Source: Pseudobdellovibrionaceae bacterium (GTDB lineage Bacteria; Bdellovibrionota; Bdellovibrionia; Bdellovibrionales; UBA1609). From it: a stretch of 36,037 bases of DNA. Each line of letters starts with the position of its first letter. The first letter of the stretch is position 1. Under the pieces are notes generated by a model. It did not search any database. It saw only the letters and a list, made by a program, of their open reading frames with translations, and was not told the origin of the DNA. The stretch is from assembly GCA_030591685.1 (NCBI GenBank), contig JAUVAX010000026.1, forward strand, positions 1 to 36,037. The letters run 5' to 3'. This document shows positions 35,523 to 36,037 of the stretch, in pieces. A program made the translations under genes and the position numbers.

Positions 35523-36037
35523 TTAAAATTCGACAGATGCAGGGTCTAATTTTTTTAAATATTGATTGGTAAACATTTTTTTAGGGATTGGTTTGCGCTT
35601 CCACTTTTTGTATTCAAGTATCGAGCGATGGCCCTTTTTGGTCGCATCCGTCATTATCAGTTTAAGAGGGCGAAATCCACCAAGGATTTTTTTATAGCGT
35701 TTATACTGACAAGTCTTTATTAAACGCCCGGAAAGTGAGTAAAACAAAGCTTTTTTAGGTCGATAAGATTTTTTATCAACCCATAGCTTCACGCGGTGAT
35801 ATGTTACCGAGTTGTTTATAGCTTTGAGATCTAATACGTAATAACTTTTGCCTGAAAGCTTTTGTGGTTTTAAATGTTTAGCTTTATAGTCGCCGCTAAA
35901 GTTGGCCCGGGCAATATCGCCATTTGAAACCATACCTGTTAGACGTTGACTTGGAGACATCCTAATGGGTTGAGATATATTGGGCATAAAAACCCACAAA
36001 TCATTGCCTCTCATTAATAACACCTGGCCCCTCTCTC
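35523..36037 (-). CDS. Outer-membrane lipoprotein-sorting (LolA-like) protein, 5'-truncated by the window edge
   Basis: DLWVFMP, QRLTGMVSNGDIARANF, YHRVKLWVD, FYSLSGRLIK; frame stays open to the window end (ERGQ-VLLMRG). Confidence 0.85.
   Translation of the reverse strand, partial: ERGQVLLMRGNDLWVFMPNISQPIRMSPSQRLTGMVSNGDIARANFSGDYKAKHLKPQKLSGKSYYVLDLKAINNSVTYHRVKLWVDKKSYRPKKALFYSLSGRLIKTCQYKRYKKILGGFRPLKLIMTDATKKGHRSILEYKKWKRKPIPKKMFTNQYLKKLDPASVEF

Noticed and set aside
1..36037. CRISPR array, rRNA, tRNA, IS element
   Set aside because: No regularly spaced repeats, cloverleafs, rRNA signatures or transposase ORFs seen on reading both strands.

Overview
AT-rich bacterial chromosomal window, most likely from a Bdellovibrionota-like predator. 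This is inferred from an FxNC-type lipoprotein, RCC1-repeat and vWA proteins, a secreted subtilase and many sigma54/sigma28 promoters. Core genes are metG, a TrmH-family methylase, hemJ and the cluster yceD-rpmF-fabH-fabD-fabG-acpP-fabF-rpiB-glyA. rpmF was missed by the ORF track, and plsX is absent from the cluster. Also present are two tandem sigma54-driven outer-membrane beta-barrel paralogues, an OxyR / thioredoxin / small protein / peroxiredoxin module, and a glycosyltransferase facing a LolA-like + FtsX/LolE-type ABC exporter. The most interesting part is 18.9-21.5 kb. It holds a dif-like site with a perfect XerD arm, flanked by two degenerate receiver-CheX-like paralogues. About 1 kb away is a catalytic-domain-only tyrosine recombinase, divergent from a membrane-anchored HTH protein whose frame has no ATG/GTG/TTG before the HTH (likely ATA start), across a palindrome-rich spacer. 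A ~1 kb gap with no convincing ORF at 28.5-29.5 kb holds two candidate structured RNAs, one Csr/Rsm-like and one hammerhead-like. All calls were made by eye; no searches or folding were run.
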